DNA of 64,000 nucleotides from Lama glama (Eukaryota), in contig CM052818.1 in the NCBI GenBank assembly GCA_028534125.1, forward strand, positions 21,578,001 through 21,642,000. Reading direction: 5' to 3'. This document shows positions 1 to 12,500 of this stretch, in pieces; the stretch's first letter is position 1; every line of letters starts with the position of its first letter. Position numbers and translations under genes: made by a program. The notes below the pieces were generated by a model. That model made no database searches, was not told where the DNA came from, and saw only the letters and a program-made list of their open reading frames with translations.

Positions 1-59
1 TTCCCATTATTCTAAAAATGAGATTATTGGATTTGCCCCTCAGAGTAAAGATGGTGGTT

Positions 60-485
60 ACTTCCATCTTTACTCAGCCAATTAAAAAAAACTCAGCCAG
101 ATCACAAATATGATCTGTCACCTGCTAAAAAAAAATCTTCAATGGCATGCAATTACTTTTCGGATAAAAGTCAAATTCTTTAACATGACCTTACAAAGTC
201 CTCATAAATAGTTTCAGCTTCAACACTTTCCTTTTCTGCTTTTCCAACAAATATGCCTTAACAGTGATGCCTTCCCTGGCTCCCACAGAAAAATAAATTT
301 GTCCCCTTTCGTGTCCCCATTGGAAAGTATGCATCCTATTGTATCTATTGCGCACTATTTATTTGCATGCCAGCTGTCTCCAATATACTTTAAGCTCCAC
401 AAAAGCAAGTAAATTGTCATACTCATTTCATGTACCAAGTACAGAACCTGGTATGTAGAAGGAATTCAATACGTGTTTGTGATAC
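60..485 (+). mobile_element. Degenerate L2 LINE 3' fragment
   Basis: L2-like 3' terminus: taagctccacaaaagcaag...cagaacctggtatgtagaaggaattcaatacgtgtttgtgat, preceded by gatcacaaatatgatctgtcacc. Recognised by eye. Confidence 0.6.
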
Positions 486-3104
486 AAGTCTAAGTGTATT
501 CCAAGTTCAACAGCACACAAGCAGATATTCCAGCTTTTGGATTTCTGGATTTCTTCCAACCCATGGTTCCTATTGTATTAACTATTTCCCTTTTGTACAT
601 CAACAGATCATCAGGTTCACTTCCTTTTGAATTCATATGCCCATGTATTTGTCAACATAATCTATATGTGGTAATATTAATAATCATGATTTCTTGGACT
701 TTTGTATATTATAACTTTGATCAACAAAATATCTTATTATTCCAACATATTGACACTTCAAAAGCAAATAGCCTCTCTCTATGCTGTAGGTACTATTTTT
801 CAGTCACTAATTGATAAAGATTAAACAATGACACTGGGTCAGCAGGAAGCCATATTTAGAAAATGCATGTACATACATACATAGTACACATAGGACTGTA
901 GGAAAGCACAACAAAAATCAGAATCAAGAGTTTTACTTCTCAATTACTATGACATAACATTTGTTTTAAGTTAGTTGAATAGTCTCTAAAAAAGATCCTT
1001 TCCTGTCTTTTATTTTCTAATGCTTAAACTCTTATAGAAGATGTTTTAGAATGACATAGCACTTGAACACTGTGCTAAGATCTCCCAAAATGCATAAATT
1101 ATGTTCTTTTAAAATGTATTCAAAAATATTTGGCTTCCTTTTCTTAAAGGGAATCTGTATATAACCGAGAAAACACAAGTATATTCTCATGATATTCAAA
1201 GGTTTATCAGAACTGCCATGACATAGACAAATTTCAAATAAAATAGATTACTATACACCAAAGAGACCATTTACATTTGGTATCACCATTTACTTTACAT
1301 AAGTAGACATATGTATATTAATAAACAATAACCACAAAATAGGAAGTCTTAAGGAAAAAGAGATATACGACTAGAACCAAAACACTGGCTCCTGTGACTG
1401 ATAATGCTATGTCTTTTGATAAACTATGAATATATTGTCAGTTGTCTTTCTCATTCAAATGAAATTTCTTTATCCACATCAGCACAGCAGTTGTGGGCTG
1501 TCGGCCAGGACATTTAAAGAACCTTAAAACAGCTGGATTTTACCCAAAAAAATCCTTTATAACATGGTTGTGCAGTCTCAAATTATACCATGGAATATTA
1601 AACAAGGCAATTTTAAAGAGGAATACCATATAAAACAGTGTGTAAATAGAGTCATATATTTCTAGGATTTGAACTCCACATAACCCTGCTGTATTGGACC
1701 CACTATTTAAAAGGAGATCAGTTAAAATTGGGCTGAATTCTTAACCTTACAAACAGAGTGGGACCACAACTATTAAAATCCTTGGAATAATCTTTAAAAG
1801 AATAGGTTTATTAACTACCTAACAGTATAATCCAGAGAAGGAAGAATCGATCCTCAGTTTATCTTGTGACTAGAAAATGAGATTTTCATAAGTCATATAT
1901 TTAAAAAGATCAGTCTCTGTTCTTTATACTAATATATACACCAGGCCCCCAGCAAGTTCATATGCACTATGGGGACTGTCCTCGTCATCATCTCTTGTTC
2001 TGTTTAAGGCCATCACAATATTAAACTATTAATAATAACTTTTAAAAAGAATCTAGACCTGGAAATTATTGTAGTATTATCAGAGGTTAACAAATAGTGG
2101 ACATTTTCAGCACTTCCTATACAATAAAATTTCAGAATGACTTTTTAAAATAAGAATTTAAACGATTTCTTAAAATACATCAGATACCCTCTCCTTTTCT
2201 TTTTTCTCATATATAAGATAAGAACATTGGTATTGGGGGAACATCACCCATGACCATCAAAAACACTAAATCATTCATCAAGTGAAATGTGTTTTGTTTT
2301 AGTAATAGTAATATTGCATGTGCTTTGGCCCTTTAAGAACCTTAAAAGTATTCAGTTGGAGAAAATGCATTGACTGAACATTGACAAAGTACAGTGCTGT
2401 TAGAATCATTCACATCAAACACATCATCAGGGATTTTCTAGATAAAATGCCCACAATATAGCTAATCTTTTTGGTTAAACAATGCTTTTAAAAGTGCCTT
2501 AAAAGCTAAAATGAGTATCTAAAAATTCTTTCAAATGCTATAAGGCCATTAGTTAGACTAACACATTTGTCAACAATTTAATTAAATATTTTTAAGTCAT
2601 CTCAAAGTCACATAGTGGTAGATTTTTTTGTTTTCAAAGCATCACACTTGTTATTGATATGCTATATAACAGATAATACATTCTGAATTTTTCTTTGTTT
2701 ATTAACAAGGCCTTGTAATTAACTTGCTTTTAAATCATAAGTATGATACTATTTTAATTTCCCTCACATTCTCTACCCTATCATTTGAAATCACATTAAG
2801 CTGACTCTTAGAAGGCCACCTGGTGTAATACTATGACATTGAAGTGAGCTGTTCTGGTATGCAGGAAACACTGACAGTCTTCTATGCTAAAATCCATTTC
2901 TCTAACTGATGACAGAACTAGGGGAAATTAATTTTTGCTATTCATAAATACCTGACAGGTTTAATGTAAATGTTTTGAAAAAGACCTCAGCATATGCTGC
3001 ACATACATTATATATGCAGCACGGCACTGGAATATTGTATTTGAAACCCATTCAATTTCTAGATCACTACTGCTGAAACTGTTGAAATTTCTCCAATTAC
3101 TCAC

Positions 3105-3168
3105 AGATTGCAATTTTCTCCATATACATGTAAATAACAACAGAAGTCCCCATGAAACCTTTCAGTCA
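3105..3168 (-). other. Candidate 64-nt internal exon of an unidentified minus-strand transcript
   Basis: Minus strand reads ttgctgatttttccag|TGACTGAAAGG...TTGCAATCT|gtgagt, in unique sequence. Confidence 0.35.
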
Positions 3169-3654
3169 CTGGAAAAATCAGCAATTTGACACTTAGGACA
3201 AATTTCTTTGATAGAAATACTATGAAAATGCAGGTAAACCTGACAAGTCACTGAGTGTTAGCCTAGCTCCCCTCCTGTGGCCAGAGCCGAAGAGCTTATT
3301 CGCAGGAGGAGGCTGTGCTCATATGTTCAAGATCCAGAAGAGCTGCTACAGAACGGCTCTCACCTTAGACACAAGGCTAGCCCAAAGCAGATGGCTCGGA
3401 TCTCTTTCATAGAAGTGAACATGTCATCGTTCCTTAGGATACCATACACACTCCCAGAGATACACACACATTCGTTTAAGTATATGTGCATAAGAAAGGC
3501 CCAATGCAGGTTCAGTCCACTTTACGTATAGGATGTATTCCTGGAAAATCATGTGTAGCTGCACAGGGAAGCTTTTTTTAAATTAAATTCTATGGGGGAA
3601 AACCATTTGTAATGGAATCACCCTTAAATGATCCAATTTTTAAATTTTATGTTC

Positions 3655-4570
3655 ATTTTCGAGTTTGAATAGTAACTGCCATGGAAACACATCAAATAGG
3701 TTAAAAATCTATGAGTTCATATTGATACTAAAAAAAAAAAAACCAAATATAACCTGGTAGGTTTCCTTTGGAGCATGCTAGAGAGCTGACTCACTATTCT
3801 GAAAACTGGTAGATAAAGAGAAAGAAATCAAGCATTTAATCTGCCTTTCCTATAAGAACTGTACTACAGTTTACCAATAGGAGAAAGTTTCTCTTTTTCT
3901 AAGTATTTCAGCTAATAGATGAAGAAAGATAAAAGAATTAGAATATAACCACTTTGCAAATTGGTAAGGAAATAATGGCCACTGAATCACAAAACAAAGA
4001 CAATCAGATACTTGGTTGAAATGAAGATTTGGAATACCACCAATGAAATCTTCCTGCCAAAAAAATCAACCTGAATCAGATCAAGTTTCTTAAGCTAACC
4101 ACCAGTTTACAGCAGAAAAATGTATTAGACAATACCGCAGGGATGCAATGAGCAATTTCTGAATGTGAAAAACAACAAGAATGACCAGTTTTTCTAACAA
4201 ATGAGGAGCAAGGGAGTACGCGGAAAGAAGACAGAGGAAACTATAGATTCAAACCATAGATTAAAATGCAATGGGTACGTTGTTTGGATCCTGATTCAGA
4301 CAAACTGACAGTTTTTTTAAAAGTTGATATATTCAGGGAAATTTGAACAATGATTAGCTGTTCGATGATTTTAAGGAATTACTGGTAATTTTTAAGGTAT
4401 AATAATGTCATTGTGTTAAATTTTTTCTGAAAGTCTGTATCTTTTAAAATACATACTGAAATATGTATGAATAAAATGAATGAAGATTGTGAATCACTTA
4501 GAAATAATTCAGTTGGGGGGAGGGTTGCAATAAGCAGGATAGGTGAAAAAATATTTCTAGTACTACTACT
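3655..4570 (+). mobile_element. Old L1 (L1MC4/5-like) 3' region
   Basis: Characteristic L1MC-type segments: actcactattctgaaaactggtagataaagagaaagaaatcaagcattt and ttgtttggatcctgattcagacaaactg...gggaaatttgaac. Confidence 0.7.
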
Positions 4571-4807
4571 ATTGCTGTAACTACTAATATTTGCTAAATA
4601 TCTTAACCTCACTTATTCTCACATAAAATAAAAAGTTTAAAATGAATATTTAATGAAAATAATACAAAGGGATGCTTAACAAGCTAAACTGGTTATTTTA
4701 TTATGATACTTTGTATTCATGCAGAGGCCCTTAAATTACTTCAAGTAAAAAGAAAAGATTTTAGGAGGCATAATGTCTACTGTTTAGAAGAAAAACAGAA
4801 AAAGAAA

Positions 4808-5275
4808 ATCATTCATTCATTTAACCATTCCACAAACATTTGCTTAATTCCAACACGGTGCCAGAGCTGGTAGATTAATGATGAATTTTGCCCACCAGGA
4901 GCTCCCAGTCTACTATCATATTCAGGTCAGTAAGCAAAGAATTCCAACAGAATGAGCTAAATGTGAACAGAGGGATGCACAAAGCATTCCTAGAGTATAA
5001 AGTAAAGCTTGGCTAGCTGCAAAAATAAGCAATTCTTCAGTACCTTGGAGTATCACCAATGAGGTAAAGGACAGAATTCTCAAGCCCTAGTGTCTAGTTC
5101 ATTTATTTACCAAATATGTACAGGTACTGAGGATACAGAAGTAAACAAGATAGACCTAATGTTCCCCAAGGAGCTTCCGGTCTAGTGAGGCAAGCAGACA
5201 ATGTAAATAATTACATTAATGTCTAAAGTGTTAGAGGAGGGCAATTAATGGCCGTTACCGGGAGTGTGTGGCAGA
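4808..5275 (-). mobile_element. L2 fragments
   Basis: attcattcatttaaccattccacaaacatttg and ggatacagaagtaaacaagatagacc...ggagcttccggtctagtgagg are typical reverse-oriented L2 3' ends. Confidence 0.65.
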
Positions 5276-5390
5276 AGAAACTTGAGGCAGTTAAGTTTGC
5301 ATTGACATTTCAAGTTATTGTGCATTTTTGTGACACCAGCTATTTGAGTTATTGAAAAATGCTATTTTAAAATTCCTGTTCAACTTCACA

Positions 5391-5407
5391 TGAGTCATCC
5401 TGACTCA
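5391..5407. promoter_or_regulatory. Inverted pair of AP-1 sites
   Basis: TGAGTCA-tcc-TGACTCA, with a third TGACTCA at 5681-5687. Motif match only. Confidence 0.35.
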
Positions 5408-6214
5408 CCTAATTCATTTCCAAATTTAACATTTTCTCTCTCTCTCCTTTTTTTTTTTTTTTTGCAAAGGCATTGTCCACTTAGTGGCTTATCAGCTTAA
5501 AGTTTTAAATATTAGGCTGATTATTGATTATTTACCTGCTATCTAGATGGGCCCCAGTTTACTCTTCACAATATAAATTGGTATGGGTTGAAATAATATG
5601 AAGCAAGTAAAGCATAACTCTAAACGATATTTGAGTATTGATATCCCCACACTCCTCCATTTGTATGCATGACTGGCAAATGACTCAGTTAAGAGTTCAC
5701 AAAATGGGTACCATAAACCTGTGCTTTTCTATACTCATAGGATACTCACAGGTTCTTCTGGCCAATACACCTCCCCCAATTCCATTTACATTTTAAGTGA
5801 TTTGCACTGACAGTATAAGAGGATCTGTGTGAGGTTAGCAGTTACCTTCTCTCATTTTTATGAGAAATACCATATACTGGTTACCCTTGGGAAACTGGGG
5901 AGTCCAAATAGCTTCTCATACTTCATCTCCCCGGAAGTGAAAACAACAGACTGTATGTTGTTTTATAAGAATTTCCTTCAGCTTTACTCCTTACCGATAC
6001 AGTGCACTCACAGGATGAAAATGCTCTCCAACATTTCTCTCCCCAGCATTTTATCCTATTTATTTCTCCATTGTGCTCTTGTCCTCTTTTCAGATTTTAC
6101 AGCATGAGATATGTTATAGATTTCAGGTTGTCTTTAGAGCTAACAGCCACCAAACGACAACAGCAAAAAATGAAAACAGATACTAAGGAATGTCCAGTAT
6201 ATACTACTTGCTGG

Positions 6215-6359
6215 TGAAGAAAATGATGAGGGAGAAGGAAGGCAGAAGAGAACTAGGGGAAGGAAGAGGAGGAAAAGAAAGACAAAGGAAGGGGGAAGAA
6301 AAGAGAAGAAAGGAAGAAGATGAGGAAGATAAGTAGAAGATCGTTAGCAAAAGGAAGGC

Positions 6360-6406
<47 letters not shown>

Positions 6407-6423
6407 CAACAACAACAACATAA
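6215..6423. repeat. GA-rich low-complexity tract followed by compound (AAT)n(AAC)n microsatellite
   Basis: Purine-rich tract 6215-6359, then ataataata...taacaacaacaacaacaaca at 6360-6423. Confidence 0.95.
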
Positions 6424-6604
6424 TACCACCTCAGGATAGAAACACTCTCATCTTTAATAAAATACATAATATATTGAAACCTTCCATTTGGCCCTGGAAG
6501 GAGAAATTCCTGAATGAGGAAGAGGTGGATGTGGGGGTAGTAGGGTGAGAGAGAAGTTACTGGACCACAGTGCCAGACTATATTACCTCCTGAATTTTAC
6601 CATC

Positions 6605-6995
6605 CTGGTGGTGATTGTAAAACATGAACCCAAAATTCTTTGACACTGTTGCCATCAAGAGGTGAGTTCTATGTCTCCTTCCTCTGAATTTGCCCAGGCT
6701 TATGACTGCTTCAACCAACAGAATTCAGTGGAAGCACTACTGTGACCTCAGAGGCAGGGTGAGCAGAGTCATACAACCTGTGCCTGATCCTTGCTCTTGA
6801 AATCCTTGCTCTCTGGAGGCTCCCTTGTAGGACCCTCCCTCCAAGAACCCAGCACACTGCTGAAGAAACCCAAGCCACATAGGCCATAGAGAAGTACTCC
6901 AACCAGCAGTACCATTTAAGTCAGCCTTTAAGTCATCCCTGTTCAAGTACTAGACATGTGAGCAAAGAAAACATCTTAGAAGTGGACCCTCCAGC
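6605..6995 (+). mobile_element. MaLR LTR (MLT1G/H-like)
   Basis: aaattctttgacactgttgccatcaagaggtgagttctatgtctccttcctctgaat...tgactgcttcaaccaacagaa...agacatgtgagcaaagaa. Confidence 0.75.
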
Positions 6996-7680
6996 CCTCA
7001 GTATCCTCATCTATGAAGCTGGGGTAACAGTACCTACCATGTGAGGTTGTTGTGCAAAACTAAAGAGACAAATTTAAGGTGTTTTGAACAGTAGCGACCT
7101 TGTGGGTGAACATTCCACAAATGTAGATACATATGGTTTACCACAAAAAATATTCACCTCTATTATCTCACTTTCAATTTGGTCCTCAAACAACCCTGTG
7201 GAGATAGGTTGTACTGATACTATTATTCCCAAGGTATATCCTGAGGAAACAAGTTTACAGAGATTAGGTAAATAATGTGGGGTCCTTCAGCTAATAACTA
7301 ATAGTCAGTCTTTGAATCCATATTCCATGACTCTAAGACCAGGGCTCTTTCCAATGAATCATGTTTCATTTGAAATAAAAGGAGCCAGGACCATGACCAC
7401 TGCTTGATAGATGAAGAAACTGCTTCCCCCAAAGTCTAAATAACTTACCCATGATGATTCAACAGTATCATGGGACAACGATACTGGACAATATAATGGT
7501 AGAGTGCTGATGAATGGAAGTATTGCAGAGTGATTTTAAATGCTTTGGTTTCCTTGTGTACAAAGTAAAAACAATATAATAGAAACTACCTCACTGGGTC
7601 GTTAGAATCAAATGAGACAACGTTATGTTGTGTTCTAAGCACAATACCTGGCACATAGTAGAAGTATTTAGTAAATATAC
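6996..7680. mobile_element. Cluster of MIR SINE fragments in both orientations
   Basis: MIR core motifs: cctcagtatcctcatctatgaagctggggtaacagtacctacc; tgaggaaacaagtttacagagattagg; atacctggcacatagtagaag. Confidence 0.7.
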
Positions 7681-7723
7681 ATTTCCTATGCTTTATGTCA
7701 AAAAAATTGTTTAATCCAAACCG

Positions 7724-7736
7724 TGCTGACTCAGCT
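7724..7736. promoter_or_regulatory. Maf recognition element (T-MARE)-like site
   Basis: TGCTGACTCAGCT matches 12 of 13 positions of TGCTGACTCAGCA. Confidence 0.35.
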
Positions 7737-8299
7737 CTTTCATTTCTTCAGTTTTTGTGGCAGAAAAAATTCACTCAAGACTTGTGGTTAATTATCTCTA
7801 GTAAATTATTCTTGGCACTTTGCTATACATGTACTAAGGTGGAGAGAGAAAAGCACTTAAAAATGAATATAAAGTATTTTCATTTATTAGATGGTCTTTC
7901 AGTTCAGAGGAGGAGAAAATCATGATGAAAATTATACAGGCTCAAAATTACAAACTGGAAACCAGCTGTTTTGAAAAAGAAACATTTAAGTATACACATA
8001 ATACTCTCTATGAACAACATCTCTGCTTCAAAACATGTTCCAAAGGAAGAGTTTGTCTCAGCTTATTTATAAACACACATACAGGGGGAAAAAGTTCAAT
8101 TTCCATCAGTGGAAGGAAGCAATCTATCTCACCATGGGTCTGGAACAGCTTTAACAAGTCTGAGATACACAATAGCAGCAATTTCAACTTTCCTAGCTCT
8201 CTATTATGCTGAAGCATCTCATGGTGTTTTTTGATAGTATTAACAGTTTATTCATCTTAGAGGTTTAATAGTTAAAAAAACAGTTCCATACCACTTTCA

Positions 8300-9540
8300 T
8301 CATATTTGGCCCTAAAACAGCTCAGAAAAGTGGTGGTACGGGTTTTACTTCTTCAGCATCATTATAAAATAAGAGCAGATGACAAGGAAAGAAGTTATCA
8401 TGTGGGAGGTGTGTCCTGGACTATCTTCCCCCCAAAAGCTGCTGCTTATCTTCCCCTTTCAGTTTTCAACCTGCAGTGCTTCATCGTTGTCTCTTCGGGA
8501 TGACATGTTCTAAGATGTTTCTCCCACTCACACTTGTCACGAACACGCACTCGCTCGATTTCATGGAGGCACATCTACTCAGTTAAACTCCATCTATCAG
8601 AAATATACATCGTAATCAGACAGTGAAGGACACTTGTATTCTGAAGAAACCCAGGTATCATTTACCTTGATGTCCTACAGGTTTGAGTGGGAGAGAAGTA
8701 GCTTTCCCACACTTCTTTGGTTTCAAAAAAAAAAAAATCCAAAAAACTCTTTGCAAAGGGAAATCGTCTAAGGCAGGGGGTTTGAGGTTTGTATAGGGGC
8801 AATTAGAGTAAATAATTTAATTGTATTGACTAATTTTTCTAAAGTCTATTTCTATTTGCGAGAATACATAGTAGATTCATACTTTCTATTGTCATGCTGG
8901 ATTAGTCCTCCTACTTTCACAGCGGCTGTTTTAGTAAGTGACCTTTAGCAAACATTATGTGTTTTATTCTCAAAAGCAGCACTGCAGACATTACATTCAT
9001 ACACAACATATCTTGAAGGTATGCAGAAACCAAGAAAGTCAGTAACATATAAGGAACAGTGCAAATAGTTATCCCACATGACAGGTGTGACTACACATAA
9101 TGGCCCCTTAATGATCCTTTATGACTGGAGTGGCCAAAGAGGCAAGACTTGGGTATTGGTTTAACAACAACAAAGCACTCTATTTACTCAAAAAAAAAAA
9201 AAAAGTGTTTCTTTTCCATGTTCCTACGTTGCTTCTCTTCTAAAATTGAATAGCGGAGGAAGATCTACAGCGCTTCCCAATTTTCCAAACCCTAGCCCCA
9301 CCCCCTGAGCCCCACCAAACACTGACTAGCACCAGAGCCAAGATGGGTAGGTCATTTATTAAGGGCAAAGGAAAACGACATGGTTTCCTAAGAAAAGAAA
9401 AAGAAAAAAAAATTCCAGTGTATGGAGATGGCGTTTTGAAAAATCACAGTGTAAAACATCATTCACTTTAGGAAACAAATTAATTAAACTGTTAAATGTC
9501 AAACAAGACCCCTTATTATTCATGTCAGCGAAATTTCAAC
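8300..9540 (-). promoter_or_regulatory. Repeat-free, CpG-retaining block; possible internal promoter or enhancer
   Basis: No recognisable repeats; more CpGs than the flanks (e.g. cacgaacacgcactcgctcg); CACCC boxes near 9296-9316; minus-strand donor CAAG|gtaaat at 8666/8665. Confidence 0.35.
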
Positions 9541-12500
9541 TCAGTAATAGGTGTGATAGAGATGTCACCTAATTGTTGATGATCTTTCTAGCTAAATTGT
9601 TCTCACACAGTAGCATCAGGGCCTTGAGAGATGAAATATTTATGGCTGTCAAAATCTTTCTCTTGGGGTTATCCATTTGGCCTGTAACTTAGGATACTGC
9701 CGTCTTCCACTTTGTTCCCCATTACACCTTTCAATACTTTCTGACTACCTGGAGATTGCAAACAGTCTGGACCATCCTCTCTATAGGCTGCAAGTTAAAA
9801 TGAGGAGCAGTATTCCCTGTTGAGACAGTGTGCAGAGGTATTATAGAGTTCTGTGCAAAAAGAAAACCGTCTTTGGGGCATTTTTCCTTCCAGGATTAAA
9901 TCCCGTATTTCTAAAAGTATACCACTGGAAAATTATAAGAGTCTTGAACAATTTAACAGTGGGAAAGTATTGCTGTAATTTCTCTAACTTTATATTTCAT
10001 TATTTCTTAAGTTGCTCAGAAAGTAAATTAATGAAAGTTGGAGATTTCCCTCCAGACGCAATTCATGTTCTCTGACACATTTTTACATTGTCTTTACTCC
10101 AAAATATTTTTTCTTTAATTTTATTTTTGGTTCCTTGTAGCTGCTTTTAGTCAAAGAATGTGCTTATAGTTTCTTTTAAAGAATTTTATTAATCAGAAAC
10201 TCGATTAATAAATGCTTACACACATTTATGATATAATAATTATTTAATTCTCCTAATAATGATTCATGGTCCTTCAAGATCCCCAAAAGCTTTCTTAATT
10301 TTAAAGATTAAGCTATGTTCAAGATTTTTATTGTTAAGGATGTTTATTTTTAATAGTACATAATAATACTTTTCTTTAAAGTCATTATATAGTTAAAATC
10401 AAGCACATAGAATTTTTCCAAGCATTCAAGGGTAATGAGTTAATAGTATGTCTCTTCAACTGTGCCCAATACAGTTATTTCGATATTTAGAGAGGCATTC
10501 TTATCAAACAAAATTTTTTAACCTTTGAGAAAAAAGTAATTTCTCTTGGTTATGTGTACTAGGCATTAAACCCAAATTTCTCTCCCACCCTGTCCTCTGT
10601 CACCTGAACCACACTTCTGGCTAAGACTCACACCCAGATCAAAAGAAACCAACAAAAATTCAACTAGAAATGCATGCTAAAAATAATTCAATAGCATGGC
10701 TCCCCTCTGACCGAACTGTGGCATTTACTTCATTAAGTGTTTCTAAAAAACTCCCAGTGGGAAAGGTACTTAATTTATTTACTGCATGAGTCTAACGAGA
10801 ATTGTGAAAGAAATTTTAAGTAAACCGGTATGGTTTGGAAGATTACTAGAACATTTGGTGCTCTATATGAGGTTCTTTTTTCACTCATCAGCCTCCCTAA
10901 TGCATTTCACCATAAGCTGTGAGGCATTTTTGTTTGTCTTTGAGCATGTATTTCCTGATAGAACCTTGAGAATAATGAGAAGTTCTCAAGAAAAAAAAAT
11001 AGCAAAGAAAATTGATCATCTGTGACTCTTGTTCTTTAGAATCCCATTCTAATAAATGGAAGTCACTGCTCTGTATTCTCCCCACTTCATTCATCACAGC
11101 AATGTTCTATGCTCTTAGAACACACATAGGTAAAGGGCCCAAAAATCCATGTAGCAAGAGGCTAAATGTGGGATCTTTAGTTCACAGCTTTCCCAGGGCA
11201 GTTGGACAAAGAGCAAAAGGCCCCTAACTTGTCTTTTTACCCAAGTTTTCCTCTGTTCTTCCCAGCTACCTACTACACATTTCAACATGCCATGCTGTCA
11301 TTTTTAAACTCAGGATTTCTAAAACCAAAATGTCTATCCTTCCTCCCAAACCAATCCCCCCTTCCAAATTCCCTGACTCACTTATTGGTGCCATGATTGC
11401 CCCAGTTTCTCAAGTCATATCTTTGAATCATATGACAGAGTCGATCTCTTGATTTCAGACGTTCCCTAGAAGTGGGTAGGACCTCTGTAACTGACAAGTG
11501 AATAAACTGCCTGTTCTGCTGGTCATTTACTGCCTCTAAAGCCCTGTCTTCTAGAATATACTACAGACATTGCAGATATTCCACCAGAGTCTGAAAGGCT
11601 ACTTTAGTCTGGCTCTAAGCATTTTGATCCAGTGTCACAAGTCTCTTTATATCCAAATCCAAAATTCCTCCTAGCCTCTCCCCAGTCCCTGAAAAGCCCC
11701 CACTGGTGACCAGAGCCACTTTCCCAAAAAACTTTCCAGACACGAAAGCCAGCATCTGAAGAACTAATCTAGCAATAGATCAAATCTCCTCTAATGGAAA
11801 TGGGAACCACAAGTGAGGCCCCATTCACTTCTAAGTACAACCTTTATAGATGACATCATGATGTAGATGATGTTATGACTATGAAGATGATGTTAATCCT
11901 AGGGTCTTCTCCTTTTCCTAGCCACTCCCTTCTCCCACTCCTTAGAGTTATATAGAGGTACAGGCCTTGTACCCAATATTTTTTCCTCCCTTGTGAATAT
12001 ACTAAACCATCTCTTGTCCCAACTTGTAAATCATAGCAACTATACCATATTACCTAATATTCCTCCAATACATACTTAATTATCTTAAAATAGTCAGGAA
12101 GGATTAGGAAGAAATCTAGACATGAATTTCACTGATAAAGCAATAACTCTTGTGTATAATTGACTTTGTAGTTAATCTGTTGGAAGGTTCTCCTACAATC
12201 ATTCAAAACTATCTATTGAACACCTACCATGTGTCTGGTCCTAGTCTATGAGCTAAAAACAGCAATGAATAAGACAAAAAAGATCCCTGCTCTCATGGCA
12301 TTTACAATCTTATTGGTCCCTCCTTTGCCTTTCTTATCATCTTGGCATCTTTTGCTTTGGAATGAGACACCCATGATTAATCTGCACAGCACTCCCTCTT
12401 TTGACTTTCTACCTCATACAAACTACCAGCTTTCATAAACCAATGCTCACTTGCTCTTAGAACAAGGTCTAGGCTTGCTTATTCCTTAGAGAAAAGAGAT

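Noticed and set aside
6204..6467. Hydrophobic transmembrane-like ORF (poly-V/poly-I)
   Set aside because: Translation of the (AAT)n(AAC)n microsatellite and purine tract.
7450..7512. Box C/D snoRNA-like ATGATGA...CTGA
   Set aside because: Overlaps a MIR fragment, has a negligible terminal stem and no recognisable guide sequence.
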